Shown: positions 9,277 through 18,082, counted from the first letter of the stretch. The stretch: DNA of 64,000 nt from Betaproteobacteria bacterium RIFCSPLOWO2_02_FULL_63_19 (GCA_001770415.1 MEQX01000024.1:10983-74982), one strand, 5' to 3'. A program made the numbers and translations. The notes: generated by a model not told the origin, from the sequence alone.

Positions 9277-11298
9277 ATGACGGAACCGTCCGAGGACAGC
9301 AAACAGCTCGACCCCGGGAGCAGCGGCCGGCGTCCCGGTGTGCCGGTCGATCCCGCTGCCGATCCCACATCGGCGATGACCCGATCGGCACGGATCACGG
9401 TACGCGTCCTGTGTATCACGGTCGTGCTGCTGTCGATGGCCTGGGTGCTTGATTTGCCGCAGCGCGTGGGGCGGGCGTACTTTGCCGGCCAGTTGTTGAG
9501 CCTGGTCTATGGGGTCGGATTGGCCGCTGTGTACATGGCGGTCCCGCTCAGTCGCGGGCGGCGCCGAAACCCGGTGCCGTGGTATGACCTGCTCGTCGGC
9601 GCCGTCGCGCTGTGCACGCTTGCCTGGGTAGCGATCGAGTTCGAACGATTGCTCGACGCGGTGCCGTTGCGCACTCGCGAGACGATCGCGATCGGCGCCG
9701 TCATCCTGCTGCTCACGCTCGAGGCGCTGCGCCGCACCGCAGGGTACCTTTTGCTCGGCGTAGTACTGATCTTCGTGGTCTACGCGCTGGTCGGGCATCT
9801 GGTCCCCGGCGAACTCACGGCAACCTATGTGCGGCGCGACTATCTGCTCGTCTACCTCAGTTTCGATCCCAGCGCGCTGCTCGGCGCGCCGATTCGTATC
9901 GCGACGACGATCGTCATCGCGTTCATATTCCTCGGACAAATCCTTTTCAAGGCCGGTGGCGGTGAATTTTTCACCGATCTCGCCAAAGCGACGACCGGTC
10001 ACGCGCGCGGCGGTGCGGCGAAGATCGCCGTTGTCGCCTCTGCGCTGTTCGGCACCATCTCGGGCAGCCCGGCATCGAACGTCACCTCGACCGGAGTGAT
10101 CACCATCCCGCTGATGAAGCAATCAGGCTATCGCGGCGTCGACGCCGGGGCGATCGAAGCGGTTGCCTCGACCGGAGGGCAGTTCATGCCGCCGGTCATG
10201 GGTGCGGCCGCTTTTCTGATGGCCGAATTTCTCGAAATAGCCTATGCCGACGTGGTCATCGGCGCGATCGTGCCGTCGCTCCTTTACTACCTCGCGGTGT
10301 TCGTGCAGGTGGATCTGTTGGCCGCGCGCGATCGAATCGGTATGCTGGGCGGTACGCCTTTACGCGCGCTGAAGGTGTTGCGCGACGGCTGGCATTTCAT
10401 CATCCCATTCGCGCTGCTGATATGGCTGCTGTTCCACTACCGCACCGACCCGGAACTGGCAGCACTGTACGCGGCGGTCGTAACGCTGATCGGCGGTACT
10501 CTGCGTCGTTACGGATCGCAGCGGCTGACGCCGAGCGGGGTGCTGGCGAGCTTCTGGGAAACCGGGCTGATCGTCGTGGAACTGCTGCCTATTCTTGCAG
10601 CAGCGGGTCTGGTGATCGGCGTGCTCAACGTAACCGGTGGTGGATTCGCCTTGACCCTGGTGCTGGTCAAACTGGCGGGCGGATCGAGTTTCGCCCTGCT
10701 GCTGATCTCGGCCGCCGTGTGCATCGTTCTCGGCATGGGCATGCCGACCACGGCGGTGTACATACTGCTCGCGGCCCTGATCGCCCCTGCGCTCGTCGAG
10801 GCAGGCGTGCCGATCTTTTCAGCGCACCTGTTCATCCTCTATTACGGCATGCTGTCGATGATCACGCCGCCGATCGCGCTGGCCTGCTTCACGGCAGCGG
10901 TAATTTCACGCGAAGACCCGATGGCAATCGCGTTCGCGTCGATGCGTTTTGGCTGGGTCGCCTACGTGATTCCGTTCATGTTCGTACTTTCGCCGACGCT
11001 GCTGCTCAATGGCGCGCCGATGGCAATCGCATTCAACTGCGCCACCGCGGCCATTGGGGTGTACTTTTTCTCGGCGGCTCTGATAGGTTTTGTGCGAACG
11101 CCTCTGAACGTCCCGGAGCGCCTGCTGCTGAGCGTCGGAGGTATCGCATCGATCGTACCGACGACCGTGCTCACGTACGGAACACCGATCATTGCCGCGG
11201 GACTGCTGCTGGGGGGCGGAGTTCTTCTGCGCCAGCTGCGAAGGCAACGTGCACCTGTGCGCGACCCCGGATGGAGCAAAGAACCTGTTTCGAAATGA
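9277..11298 (+). CDS. TRAP transporter fused permease (4TM/12TM)
   Basis: RGGAAKIAVVAS, EAVASTGGQFMPPVMGAAAFLMAE, GMGMPTTAVYI, SMITPPIA. Confidence 0.92.
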   Translation: MTEPSEDSKQLDPGSSGRRPGVPVDPAADPTSAMTRSARITVRVLCITVVLLSMAWVLDLPQRVGRAYFAGQLLSLVYGVGLAAVYMAVPLSRGRRRNPVPWYDLLVGAVALCTLAWVAIEFERLLDAVPLRTRETIAIGAVILLLTLEALRRTAGYLLLGVVLIFVVYALVGHLVPGELTATYVRRDYLLVYLSFDPSALLGAPIRIATTIVIAFIFLGQILFKAGGGEFFTDLAKATTGHARGGAAKIAVVASALFGTISGSPASNVTSTGVITIPLMKQSGYRGVDAGAIEAVASTGGQFMPPVMGAAAFLMAEFLEIAYADVVIGAIVPSLLYYLAVFVQVDLLAARDRIGMLGGTPLRALKVLRDGWHFIIPFALLIWLLFHYRTDPELAALYAAVVTLIGGTLRRYGSQRLTPSGVLASFWETGLIVVELLPILAAAGLVIGVLNVTGGGFALTLVLVKLAGGSSFALLLISAAVCIVLGMGMPTTAVYILLAALIAPALVEAGVPIFSAHLFILYYGMLSMITPPIALACFTAAVISREDPMAIAFASMRFGWVAYVIPFMFVLSPTLLLNGAPMAIAFNCATAAIGVYFFSAALIGFVRTPLNVPERLLLSVGGIASIVPTTVLTYGTPIIAAGLLLGGGVLLRQLRRQRAPVRDPGWSKEPVSK

Positions 11299-11387
11299 TC
11301 CGCGCGATGCCGCCTCGCGATTTAGGCGCGTCGCGCCGTTGTAAGCGTGTTCTATCGTGATCCAATCCCGGTTATCTTCCAGCCCGC

Positions 11388-12479
11388 ATGCCCGAATTCA
11401 GCGTCGTCGTCCCCGCCTACCGTGAGCGCGAAAATGTTCCGGCGCTGCTGCGCGCCCTCGACCGGGCGCTTTCCGGCCTGGACTGGGAGACCATCATCGT
11501 TGTAGACGACGCGCTCGACGGCACCGAAGAGTTGGTGCGCGCCGCGGCGCAGCAGGATCGACGCGTTCGTTGTCTGCATCGTATCGGCAGGCAGGGGCTC
11601 GCTTCGGCGTGCATCGAGGGCATGCTTGCCAGCTCGGCGCCGTACCTGGCGGTCATGGACGCGGACCTGCAGCACGACGAAACCCTGTTACCGAAGCTCC
11701 TTGATGCCGCGAGGAGCCACGGCGCAGACATCGTTGTAGCGAGTCGCTATATGCCGGGTGGCAGTACCGGCGAGCTGGCATCGGACCGGGTTTGGATAAG
11801 CCGGCTCGCGAGCACGCTCAGCCGGGTCCTTTGCCAAGGGCTGACCGATCCGATGAGCGGGTTCTTCGTAGTGCGCAGGACGTTTCTCGAGCGCGTGGTC
11901 CGCAGGCTCTATGGGCGCGGCTTCAAGATCCTGCTCGACATGATCGCGGCGGCGCGCGGAGAGGTGAGCCTCCAGGAGCTGCCGTACCGCATGCGCAGCC
12001 GCGAACGCGGAGAGAGCAAGCTCGGCGCGCGCGTGGTCGCAGAGTTCTTCATGCTGATCCTGTACCACGTGTTCGGCCGCATGCTGCCGGGCCGTTTCTT
12101 TCTGTTTGCCGCGGTTGGCACCACCGGTATCGGCGTCCACCTCGGCGTGCTGTGGCTGATGTTCGCCGGCTCGGGGAATTTTCTCGTCAGCCAGGCCGTG
12201 GCGACCTGGGCCGCAATGACCAGCAACTTCTTCCTCAACAACGCGGTCACCTATGGCGACCAGCGGCTGAGCGGGCGAAAGATCGTGCGCGGCTTGTTGA
12301 GCTTCTATGCGGCATGCGGAATCGGGGCGTTGATCAATCTCGCACTCGCCGACTGGCTCTTCATCAACTCGTTGCCGTACTGGATTGCCGGTTTGACCGG
12401 CGCCCTGGTCGCTGCGCTCTGGAACTTCTTCACGACGGCGTCGTTTACCTGGGGCGGATCGACCGCCGGCAAGCGCTGA
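11388..12479 (+). CDS. GT2 polyprenol-phosphate glycosyltransferase (DPM1/Ppm-like) fused to GtrA-like membrane domain
   Basis: SVVVPAYRERENV, VMDADLQHD, TDPMSGFF, SRERGESKL; C-terminal 4 TM with SNFFLNNAVTY and WNF. Confidence 0.88.
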   Translation: MPEFSVVVPAYRERENVPALLRALDRALSGLDWETIIVVDDALDGTEELVRAAAQQDRRVRCLHRIGRQGLASACIEGMLASSAPYLAVMDADLQHDETLLPKLLDAARSHGADIVVASRYMPGGSTGELASDRVWISRLASTLSRVLCQGLTDPMSGFFVVRRTFLERVVRRLYGRGFKILLDMIAAARGEVSLQELPYRMRSRERGESKLGARVVAEFFMLILYHVFGRMLPGRFFLFAAVGTTGIGVHLGVLWLMFAGSGNFLVSQAVATWAAMTSNFFLNNAVTYGDQRLSGRKIVRGLLSFYAACGIGALINLALADWLFINSLPYWIAGLTGALVAALWNFFTTASFTWGGSTAGKR

Positions 12480-14551
12480 TGCAGCGCATGCCTGGACGCC
12501 CGCGGCCGAGCGGGCGCGACTGGATGCAGGCCGGTCTGGTCTCGGCCGCGCTGTTCGTGCTGTACGCGATCACGGCACCGCGTACGGTGGCCGAGGAAGA
12601 CGACGGGCTATTCGTCTTGTCGAGCTATTTTCTTGGGATCGAGCATCCTCCCGGCTATCCCCTGTTTACCATCGTCGGGCACCTCTTCACCTACCTGCCG
12701 CTCGGCTCGGTCGCGTATCGTGTGCATCTGGCGAGCGCGATGTTCGGCGCGCTCACGTGCGCAGCCGCGTGGCTGTGTGCGCGCGCGCTATTACCCGGAC
12801 GTATGCCGGCGTACGTGGCGGCGCTCGGGCTGGGCTTGTCCCCGGTGTTCTGGTCGCAGGCGATCATCGCGGAGGTCTATACACTCAACACATTCTTCTT
12901 CCTGTCGCTCGTCTTCCTCGGACTGCAGGCCTGTCCGCCTGCGGGAGGGGATCCAGGCGAGCCGCGCTCCGCACGCTTGCTTGCGTGGATTGCGCTGGTT
13001 TTCGGCCTGAGCCTCAGCAACCACTATCCGCTGATGCTGCTGGTGGCGCCTGCGTTTGTCTTGCTGTTATGGCCGCTGCGGGCCGAATTGCTCAAGCGCC
13101 TTTGGCTCCTTGTGTTGCTTGTTGTGCTCGGTCTTTTGCCGTATGTCTGGCTGGTGTACCGGTCGTGGGCAGCGCTGCCGATCAGCTTCTACGGGCCAAT
13201 GGAAACCCTGCACGAGATCTGGTATTTCATTAGCCGCTCCGGTTATGTCCATGTTGACCAGTCGGCGACGGCGAACTGGCTTGATCGGATCAAGTTCTTC
13301 CAGTTTCAGGCAGGGGAATTAATGGTTCAGTTCGCGGTCATCGGCACCGCTGCTGCCGCCGCCGGATTCGTCGTTCAATGGCGCGTTTGGGGACGCAGGG
13401 TTGCGGCGTTCTTCACGGCGGCATTCCTGCTGTCATCGATCGTCCTGTTGCTGCTTCTGGGGTTCGACTACGACTCGATCCACAAGAACGTCTACCAAGT
13501 CTATCCGTTGCCCGCGTACGCGGTCGCCGCACTATGGATGGGGCTGGGTCTTGCGTGGTTCGCCGGCCGGTATGCGCTGAATCGCCATCGTACCGTCGCC
13601 ACCGGCGTCTTTGTGATCGCGATCGTAGCCGGCGTCGGCGCACGGTACAACATGTTCGACGATCACGACTGGATTGCTCGCTACGCCAAGGCCGTACTGA
13701 AAACCCTCCCACGGAACGCCGTGGTGTTTGGGCGAGGCGACCCGGATCTGGTGCCGATGGCGTACTTCCACATGATCGAAACCGTCCGTCCGGACATAAG
13801 CCTTTACCAGCCCCGGGGGCTCGTGCTGGGCAACCGCCTGTTCCATCCCGAGAGAACGGACGATGAGACCGCGAGCCGGATCCTGAAACGCATGGTCGCC
13901 GAACAGAAGGTTCCGGTTGTCGCAACACTGGACGCATACACGTTTGGTGCGCAACGCGACCGGTGGCTGTATACCGAGTTCGACCGCTCGTCGAGTGACG
14001 CCAAGAAGGTGACCGTCGACATCCCGGAGGAAGCGGTTCGGTTTTTCGAAACGTCGGTAATGAATGCAAAATCCTCGAACGCGTGGGTCGCCTTTGTTCA
14101 GGGCCAACTCAGGCACCGTTATGCCGTGCTGCTCGCACGCTCGCTTTCGCACCGCGCATCGCCCGATGAGCGCACCCGCCGCCACCTGAAGGCTCTCGAA
14201 AAGGACTTCTACGGCGCGCTCGGAATCGCCGAGGGATTGATGCTGAACAGCGAGGGATACTCGGTGGGCGCCGTCACGCTCGCGCTAGAGACAGCAAGGG
14301 ATCGCATGCCCTCCGATGTTCCGAAAGAATTTCTGGCGCGCTACTTCTATCTGGGAGGTGCTATGCGCGCAGGTCGTGGCGATCGTTCCGGCGCCGTGGG
14401 CAACCTGGAGACGGCGCTGTCAATTTGGCACTCGCCCAAGAATCCGGCCATCGCGACGCTCGAAACGCTGCTTCGCGAAGCGGGTGACTCGGCCGCGCTG
14501 CAACGCCTACAGGACCGCGTGAAGACGTTCAAGCGCTCGCTGCGGCGGTAG
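12479..14551 (+). CDS. DUF2723 (TMEM260-like, GT-C) membrane glycosyltransferase with C-terminal helical/TPR-like domain
   Basis: ATG at 12479 overlaps upstream TGA; signature LGIEHPPGYPL..YRVHLASA, WSQAIIAEVYTLN, LSNH; the longer 919-aa ORF call is a run-on. Confidence 0.85.
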   Translation: MQRMPGRPRPSGRDWMQAGLVSAALFVLYAITAPRTVAEEDDGLFVLSSYFLGIEHPPGYPLFTIVGHLFTYLPLGSVAYRVHLASAMFGALTCAAAWLCARALLPGRMPAYVAALGLGLSPVFWSQAIIAEVYTLNTFFFLSLVFLGLQACPPAGGDPGEPRSARLLAWIALVFGLSLSNHYPLMLLVAPAFVLLLWPLRAELLKRLWLLVLLVVLGLLPYVWLVYRSWAALPISFYGPMETLHEIWYFISRSGYVHVDQSATANWLDRIKFFQFQAGELMVQFAVIGTAAAAAGFVVQWRVWGRRVAAFFTAAFLLSSIVLLLLLGFDYDSIHKNVYQVYPLPAYAVAALWMGLGLAWFAGRYALNRHRTVATGVFVIAIVAGVGARYNMFDDHDWIARYAKAVLKTLPRNAVVFGRGDPDLVPMAYFHMIETVRPDISLYQPRGLVLGNRLFHPERTDDETASRILKRMVAEQKVPVVATLDAYTFGAQRDRWLYTEFDRSSSDAKKVTVDIPEEAVRFFETSVMNAKSSNAWVAFVQGQLRHRYAVLLARSLSHRASPDERTRRHLKALEKDFYGALGIAEGLMLNSEGYSVGAVTLALETARDRMPSDVPKEFLARYFYLGGAMRAGRGDRSGAVGNLETALSIWHSPKNPAIATLETLLREAGDSAALQRLQDRVKTFKRSLRR

Positions 14552-14572
14552 CAGAACGCTTGATCGATTCGC

Positions 14573-14600
14573 AGGCCGTGCTGGAATCGAACCAGCGGCC
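14573..14600 (-). repeat. Degenerate direct repeat of tRNA-Lys 3' half (candidate att relic); folds as a hairpin
   Basis: 24/28 identity to 32126-32153 in the same orientation; minus strand GCTGG-TTCGATT-CCAGC-ACGGCCT vs tRNA GCAGG-TTCGACT-CCTGC-ACGGCCT. Confidence 0.7.
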
Positions 14601-14633
14601 TGCGGGCGGTGATGCCGATACCTTCGTCAGAAC

Positions 14634-14996
14634 CTAGGACGTCTGTTCGCCCTCGGACGGTTCGTCTGCCGCCGGCATCTCGCTCGTTTCCCCGCAACCG
14701 GGATCGGCAAAGGTGATTTCCCAGTTCGACGAGTTTCCACGTTGCTTCATTATCACGTCGTATTGGGCGTCGGGAAGCAACTTGCCCTTGTCCTTGATCC
14801 CGCTGACCTCGAGGCAGGTGATGCGCAGTTCACCAGTACGCACATCGAACGTCGCCGTGGACTTGTCGGTCGAGTCGCCGGTCGTCGTGGGTTGCGTCGC
14901 CGGGTCACCCTCGCCGGGGCTCTGTGCGCCTGCCGTCGGCGAAAACATGATGGCGCAGGTCAGTGCGCAGATCGGTATCAATTGTCGTGTAGTCAT
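14634..14996 (-). CDS. Small secreted hypothetical protein (~120 aa)
   Basis: Likely start MTTRQLIPICALTCAIMFSPTAGAQ (signal peptide); Thr/Ser-rich linker; two Cys in the mature part. Confidence 0.6.
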   Translation of the reverse strand: MTTRQLIPICALTCAIMFSPTAGAQSPGEGDPATQPTTTGDSTDKSTATFDVRTGELRITCLEVSGIKDKGKLLPDAQYDVIMKQRGNSSNWEITFADPGCGETSEMPAADEPSEGEQTS

Positions 14997-15246
14997 GGCG
15001 CGACCTCCTATACATAGACATGGGGAACAGCCCTTACATTCATTCGAAACAATGAATGCGGACACAGGCTAATGGTTCCTTCGTTCCCGGGATCACGTCA
15101 AGGTACAAGTCCCAGCCACTTTCATCGTAGCGGGAAGTAGTTCACGAGATGCGCGCGTCTAACGGCACGCTCGTGCGACATAGTTCACGAAACGCTCAGG
15201 TCGAGTTCGTCAGCGACCTGCACTGCGGGTCGCCGCGCTGATCGGC

Positions 15247-16605
15247 TCAGCGTCGGGTGTCGATTCCGTAGGTGGGCAGTTTCTTTCGCCACCAATCTTC
15301 GGTGGAAAGGGGCTTGCCGTAACCGAGCATCTTGTCGAGTTTCACCAGAACTCGATTGAACACGCTCGTGCGCCTGACGAGCGCTTTGATGGTCCGAAAC
15401 ACGAGCGTGTTCGGCTTGTTCCAGGGGCAGACCGGAACGCAGATGCCGCAAGCGCCGCCCTTCGACTCGGCATAGGCCCAACAGACGGGCCAGCGGCCAT
15501 GCCAGGTCTTGTGACCCGGATTGACCCATTCTCCCGGTCGATCGAAACTGGGTTCCCGGTCTTTGCTGACGGCATCGACCGGGCACGCTTCGATACACCG
15601 GTCGCAGACCTTGCAGAACGCTTCGATACCGAAGTCCTGCGGTTGATCGAGTTCCAAAGGCAGATCGGTGATGATCTTGCAGATCCGGATCATCGTTCCC
15701 AGATCGGGATTGATCACCTTGTCGGCTCGGCACTGCTCGCCCAATCCGGCCTCGATCGCGAAAGGTCCGTTCGGGGCCGTGTCGTTGGACGAAGGAATGG
15801 CCGTATACCCCAGTACGCGTATGAACTCGGCCATGGGCGCCAACAGCTGGTCGATCCGGGAATACGTGAAGAACGGGCCCATCGAACCCACCGGATCCGG
15901 CGCGCAGCCGAACGCGTCGTAAGGCATCTCCAGCAGGAAAACGATCACGTAGCGGCATTTCTCCGGAATCACCCGCTTCTCGCCGGTTTCATAAGGCTTG
16001 TCGACGTCTTCGAAAACGACCTCCTTCCCGTCGCAGTCGCGGCTGTAGACATGGCGTTTGTCCAGCCCGGTGATGCCCACCCGCGCGGCGCCGAACTGGA
16101 TTCCTGCATGCTTTACGATCTGTGCCGCTTCGCGGGGACTGCCGCTGTAGCGAGACACGCCAAGCTTTTCCGGCGTCGGCAGGCCGGCGGTGAGCGGCGT
16201 CCATGACTTGAGTCCCCAATTGGGTATGTTCGGTCCGCGGCAGAATTCCGCCGTTGCCGCGCCCGCGCTTTCCGTCGCGACCGGGCCCGTCGGTGTGCCG
16301 TACGTTTGCCCGCGTGTATAGACGCTCTTGACCGCCGAGTAGAGGGCCACGTCCTTCAACGTATTCCCCGGCGTGTTTGTCTCGATTCCCTGCACCATTT
16401 TCTTGCGCGCCTTGGCGCGAACCTTGGCCTGAACACCCTCAGCGTAATATTGCCCGTAATACAACGCCGACTTGCGCTTATCGAATCTGCCGTAGGTCCG
16501 GTCGTCGATGAGCTTGGTCAAGGGACTCTTGAAGGTATTTCGATCACCCGTTGCATCGGCAGCGGGCGAAGGTTCCATAAATTGACGCTGGATTGAAACG
16601 TTCAT
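15247..16605 (-). CDS. rdhA: Reductive dehalogenase catalytic subunit (RdhA-like; corrinoid and 2x[4Fe-4S]), no TAT leader
   Basis: FCKVCDRCIEACP and CGICVPVCPWNK; AGLGEQCR..INPDLG..RICKIITDLPL; N-terminal RFDKR, PGNTLKDVAL, GSPREAAQIVK, VFEDVDKPYET..VIPEKC; RBS AGGAG. Confidence 0.88.
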   Translation of the reverse strand: MNVSIQRQFMEPSPAADATGDRNTFKSPLTKLIDDRTYGRFDKRKSALYYGQYYAEGVQAKVRAKARKKMVQGIETNTPGNTLKDVALYSAVKSVYTRGQTYGTPTGPVATESAGAATAEFCRGPNIPNWGLKSWTPLTAGLPTPEKLGVSRYSGSPREAAQIVKHAGIQFGAARVGITGLDKRHVYSRDCDGKEVVFEDVDKPYETGEKRVIPEKCRYVIVFLLEMPYDAFGCAPDPVGSMGPFFTYSRIDQLLAPMAEFIRVLGYTAIPSSNDTAPNGPFAIEAGLGEQCRADKVINPDLGTMIRICKIITDLPLELDQPQDFGIEAFCKVCDRCIEACPVDAVSKDREPSFDRPGEWVNPGHKTWHGRWPVCWAYAESKGGACGICVPVCPWNKPNTLVFRTIKALVRRTSVFNRVLVKLDKMLGYGKPLSTEDWWRKKLPTYGIDTRR

Positions 16606-16724
16606 CGCTTGAATCTCCTGATCGACGACATGCGCAAAACCTGCGAGCCCTCTCCCGATCCACCCCTCACGCGACCGGTCGCCGCGCGTCGGACGCTGCC
16701 CGCCGGCGTGACGGTGGCGCGGAC

Positions 16725-16758
16725 AAAAAAGCGGCCTCCTCCGAAGAACGCAAACCGC
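16725..16758 (-). terminator. Intrinsic-terminator-like hairpin in the rdhA upstream region
   Basis: Minus strand GCGGTTT..TTC-TTCG-GAG..GGCCGC followed by TTTTTT. Confidence 0.45.
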
Positions 16759-17081
16759 AGCATTTTGCTCCTTATTTCGAACAGCAGGGAAATCGATGCC
16801 GGCCCCGATCCTCGTCGCCGACCGCCAAATCCGCTCGTCCCCGTTCGCGCCGCGTAGCGCGGCCTCCCCCGGGGCCGATCGACACCGCGGCGTGCGCTAT
16901 GGGGTCGCCACGTCAGCGCGCAGTCATTCCTCGCCGGAGGCGGAAATTTGCGCAATTTTATTAGACAATTTCGCGGAAAGTCGCCTAAACTACCGAAAAG
17001 ACGATGGTTTGACGAGCTGATGGAGTTGTCCGCGCGTTCGATCCGCCGGCGGGCGCGAGACCTCATCGAAAGGAAACAGTC

Positions 17082-18062
17082 ATGCGCGCGCTGATTCGGT
17101 ATTTTTCCCTCGTTTTGCTTCTTGCGCTGCCGGCTTCGGCCGCATTTGCTGCTTCGGCCTACGTGCACAGCCTCTCGGGCACGCTCGCCGCGCGCGTGGG
17201 TCCGGGCCCGGCCATACCGCTCAAGATCGGCGACACCTTCGATCCCGGTGTCACGCTGGTCACCGGTGCAAACAGCGACGCGGTAGTCAAGTTCGAGGAC
17301 GGGCAGGTCATTACGCTGGCGCCGAATACGCAGTTTGCGGTGCGCGAGTACAACTACAACAAGCGCTCGGTGCGCGAGAGCAACGTCGTCTTCGCGCTGT
17401 TGCGAGGCGGCCTGCGCTTCGTCACCGGGGTCATCGGCGCGACCAACCGCAATGCGTTCAAGCTCAACGTCGGCACCGCGACCATCGGCGTGCGCGGCAC
17501 CGACGGCGTGGTCACTTATGACGATATCGCGAACATCATCACTGCGGCGACAAACGCCGGCGCTCTGCAACTGCAGAATCAGGGCTTCCTGACCGGCGTT
17601 GCATCCGGCCAGATTACCAGCGGGAGTCTCACTCGGGGTCAGACATATGCGAGCGTGGCGATTGCTCAAGCGACCCCGGACCTGACAGCGGCGATCAATT
17701 CGATAAACGCGAAGGCAATACCGATTAACACGCCGGTTGTGGTCGCCGCGTCCGCCCGTGCGGCGGCGGCGCAGGAGGCGGCGCGTATCGCGCAAGCGGC
17801 AGCTGACGCACCCGGCGCAACACAAGCCCAGCTTGAGCTGGCACAACGGGCTGCGCAACTGGCGCAGGACGCACTGAACACTGCGATCGCCGAGGCAGTA
17901 AACGCGTTCAACGCCGCGCAGGCCGGGGGCGGCCAGATTCCGGCGCCGCCGGCCCCGGTCGGCCCGGTCGAGACCGGACAGGCCGCAACAACGGGCCAGC
18001 AGGGGCGGCTGCAGAGCGTGATTGAACAGCTTCAGCCGCCGCCGAAGCCGCTGAGCCCGTAA
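17082..18062 (+). CDS. Secreted FecR-domain protein with Ala/Gln-rich helical and Pro-rich tail
   Basis: Signal peptide; VTGANSDAVVKFEDGQVITLAPNT, LLRGGLRFVTG, TATIGVRGT. Confidence 0.8.
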   Translation: MRALIRYFSLVLLLALPASAAFAASAYVHSLSGTLAARVGPGPAIPLKIGDTFDPGVTLVTGANSDAVVKFEDGQVITLAPNTQFAVREYNYNKRSVRESNVVFALLRGGLRFVTGVIGATNRNAFKLNVGTATIGVRGTDGVVTYDDIANIITAATNAGALQLQNQGFLTGVASGQITSGSLTRGQTYASVAIAQATPDLTAAINSINAKAIPINTPVVVAASARAAAAQEAARIAQAAADAPGATQAQLELAQRAAQLAQDALNTAIAEAVNAFNAAQAGGGQIPAPPAPVGPVETGQAATTGQQGRLQSVIEQLQPPPKPLSP

Positions 18063-18082
18063 GGGTCTGAGACGCACCTTTC

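Noticed and set aside
11792-12478. N-terminal 229 aa of the 919-aa ORF
   Set aside because: Overlaps the GT2-GtrA gene in another frame; the DUF2723 protein begins at the coupled ATG at 12479
14566-14636. Complete cryptic tRNA at the att relic
   Set aside because: A partial acceptor pairing (AGGTTCT/ACGGCCT) exists, but the body is ~9 nt too short, has no credible anticodon arm and no CCA
15247-16605. Epoxyqueuosine reductase QueG call
   Set aside because: Length and N-terminal blocks match RdhA rather than QueG; a phylogeny would be decisive
16975-17012. c-di-GMP-I-like fragment (GCCTAAAC..GAAA)
   Set aside because: Lacks the GGGACGCAAAG-type junction and the second stem
16606-17081. Cobalamin riboswitch upstream of rdhA
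   Set aside because: Looked for the B12-box and GGGAA/ACTG core on both strands and did not find it
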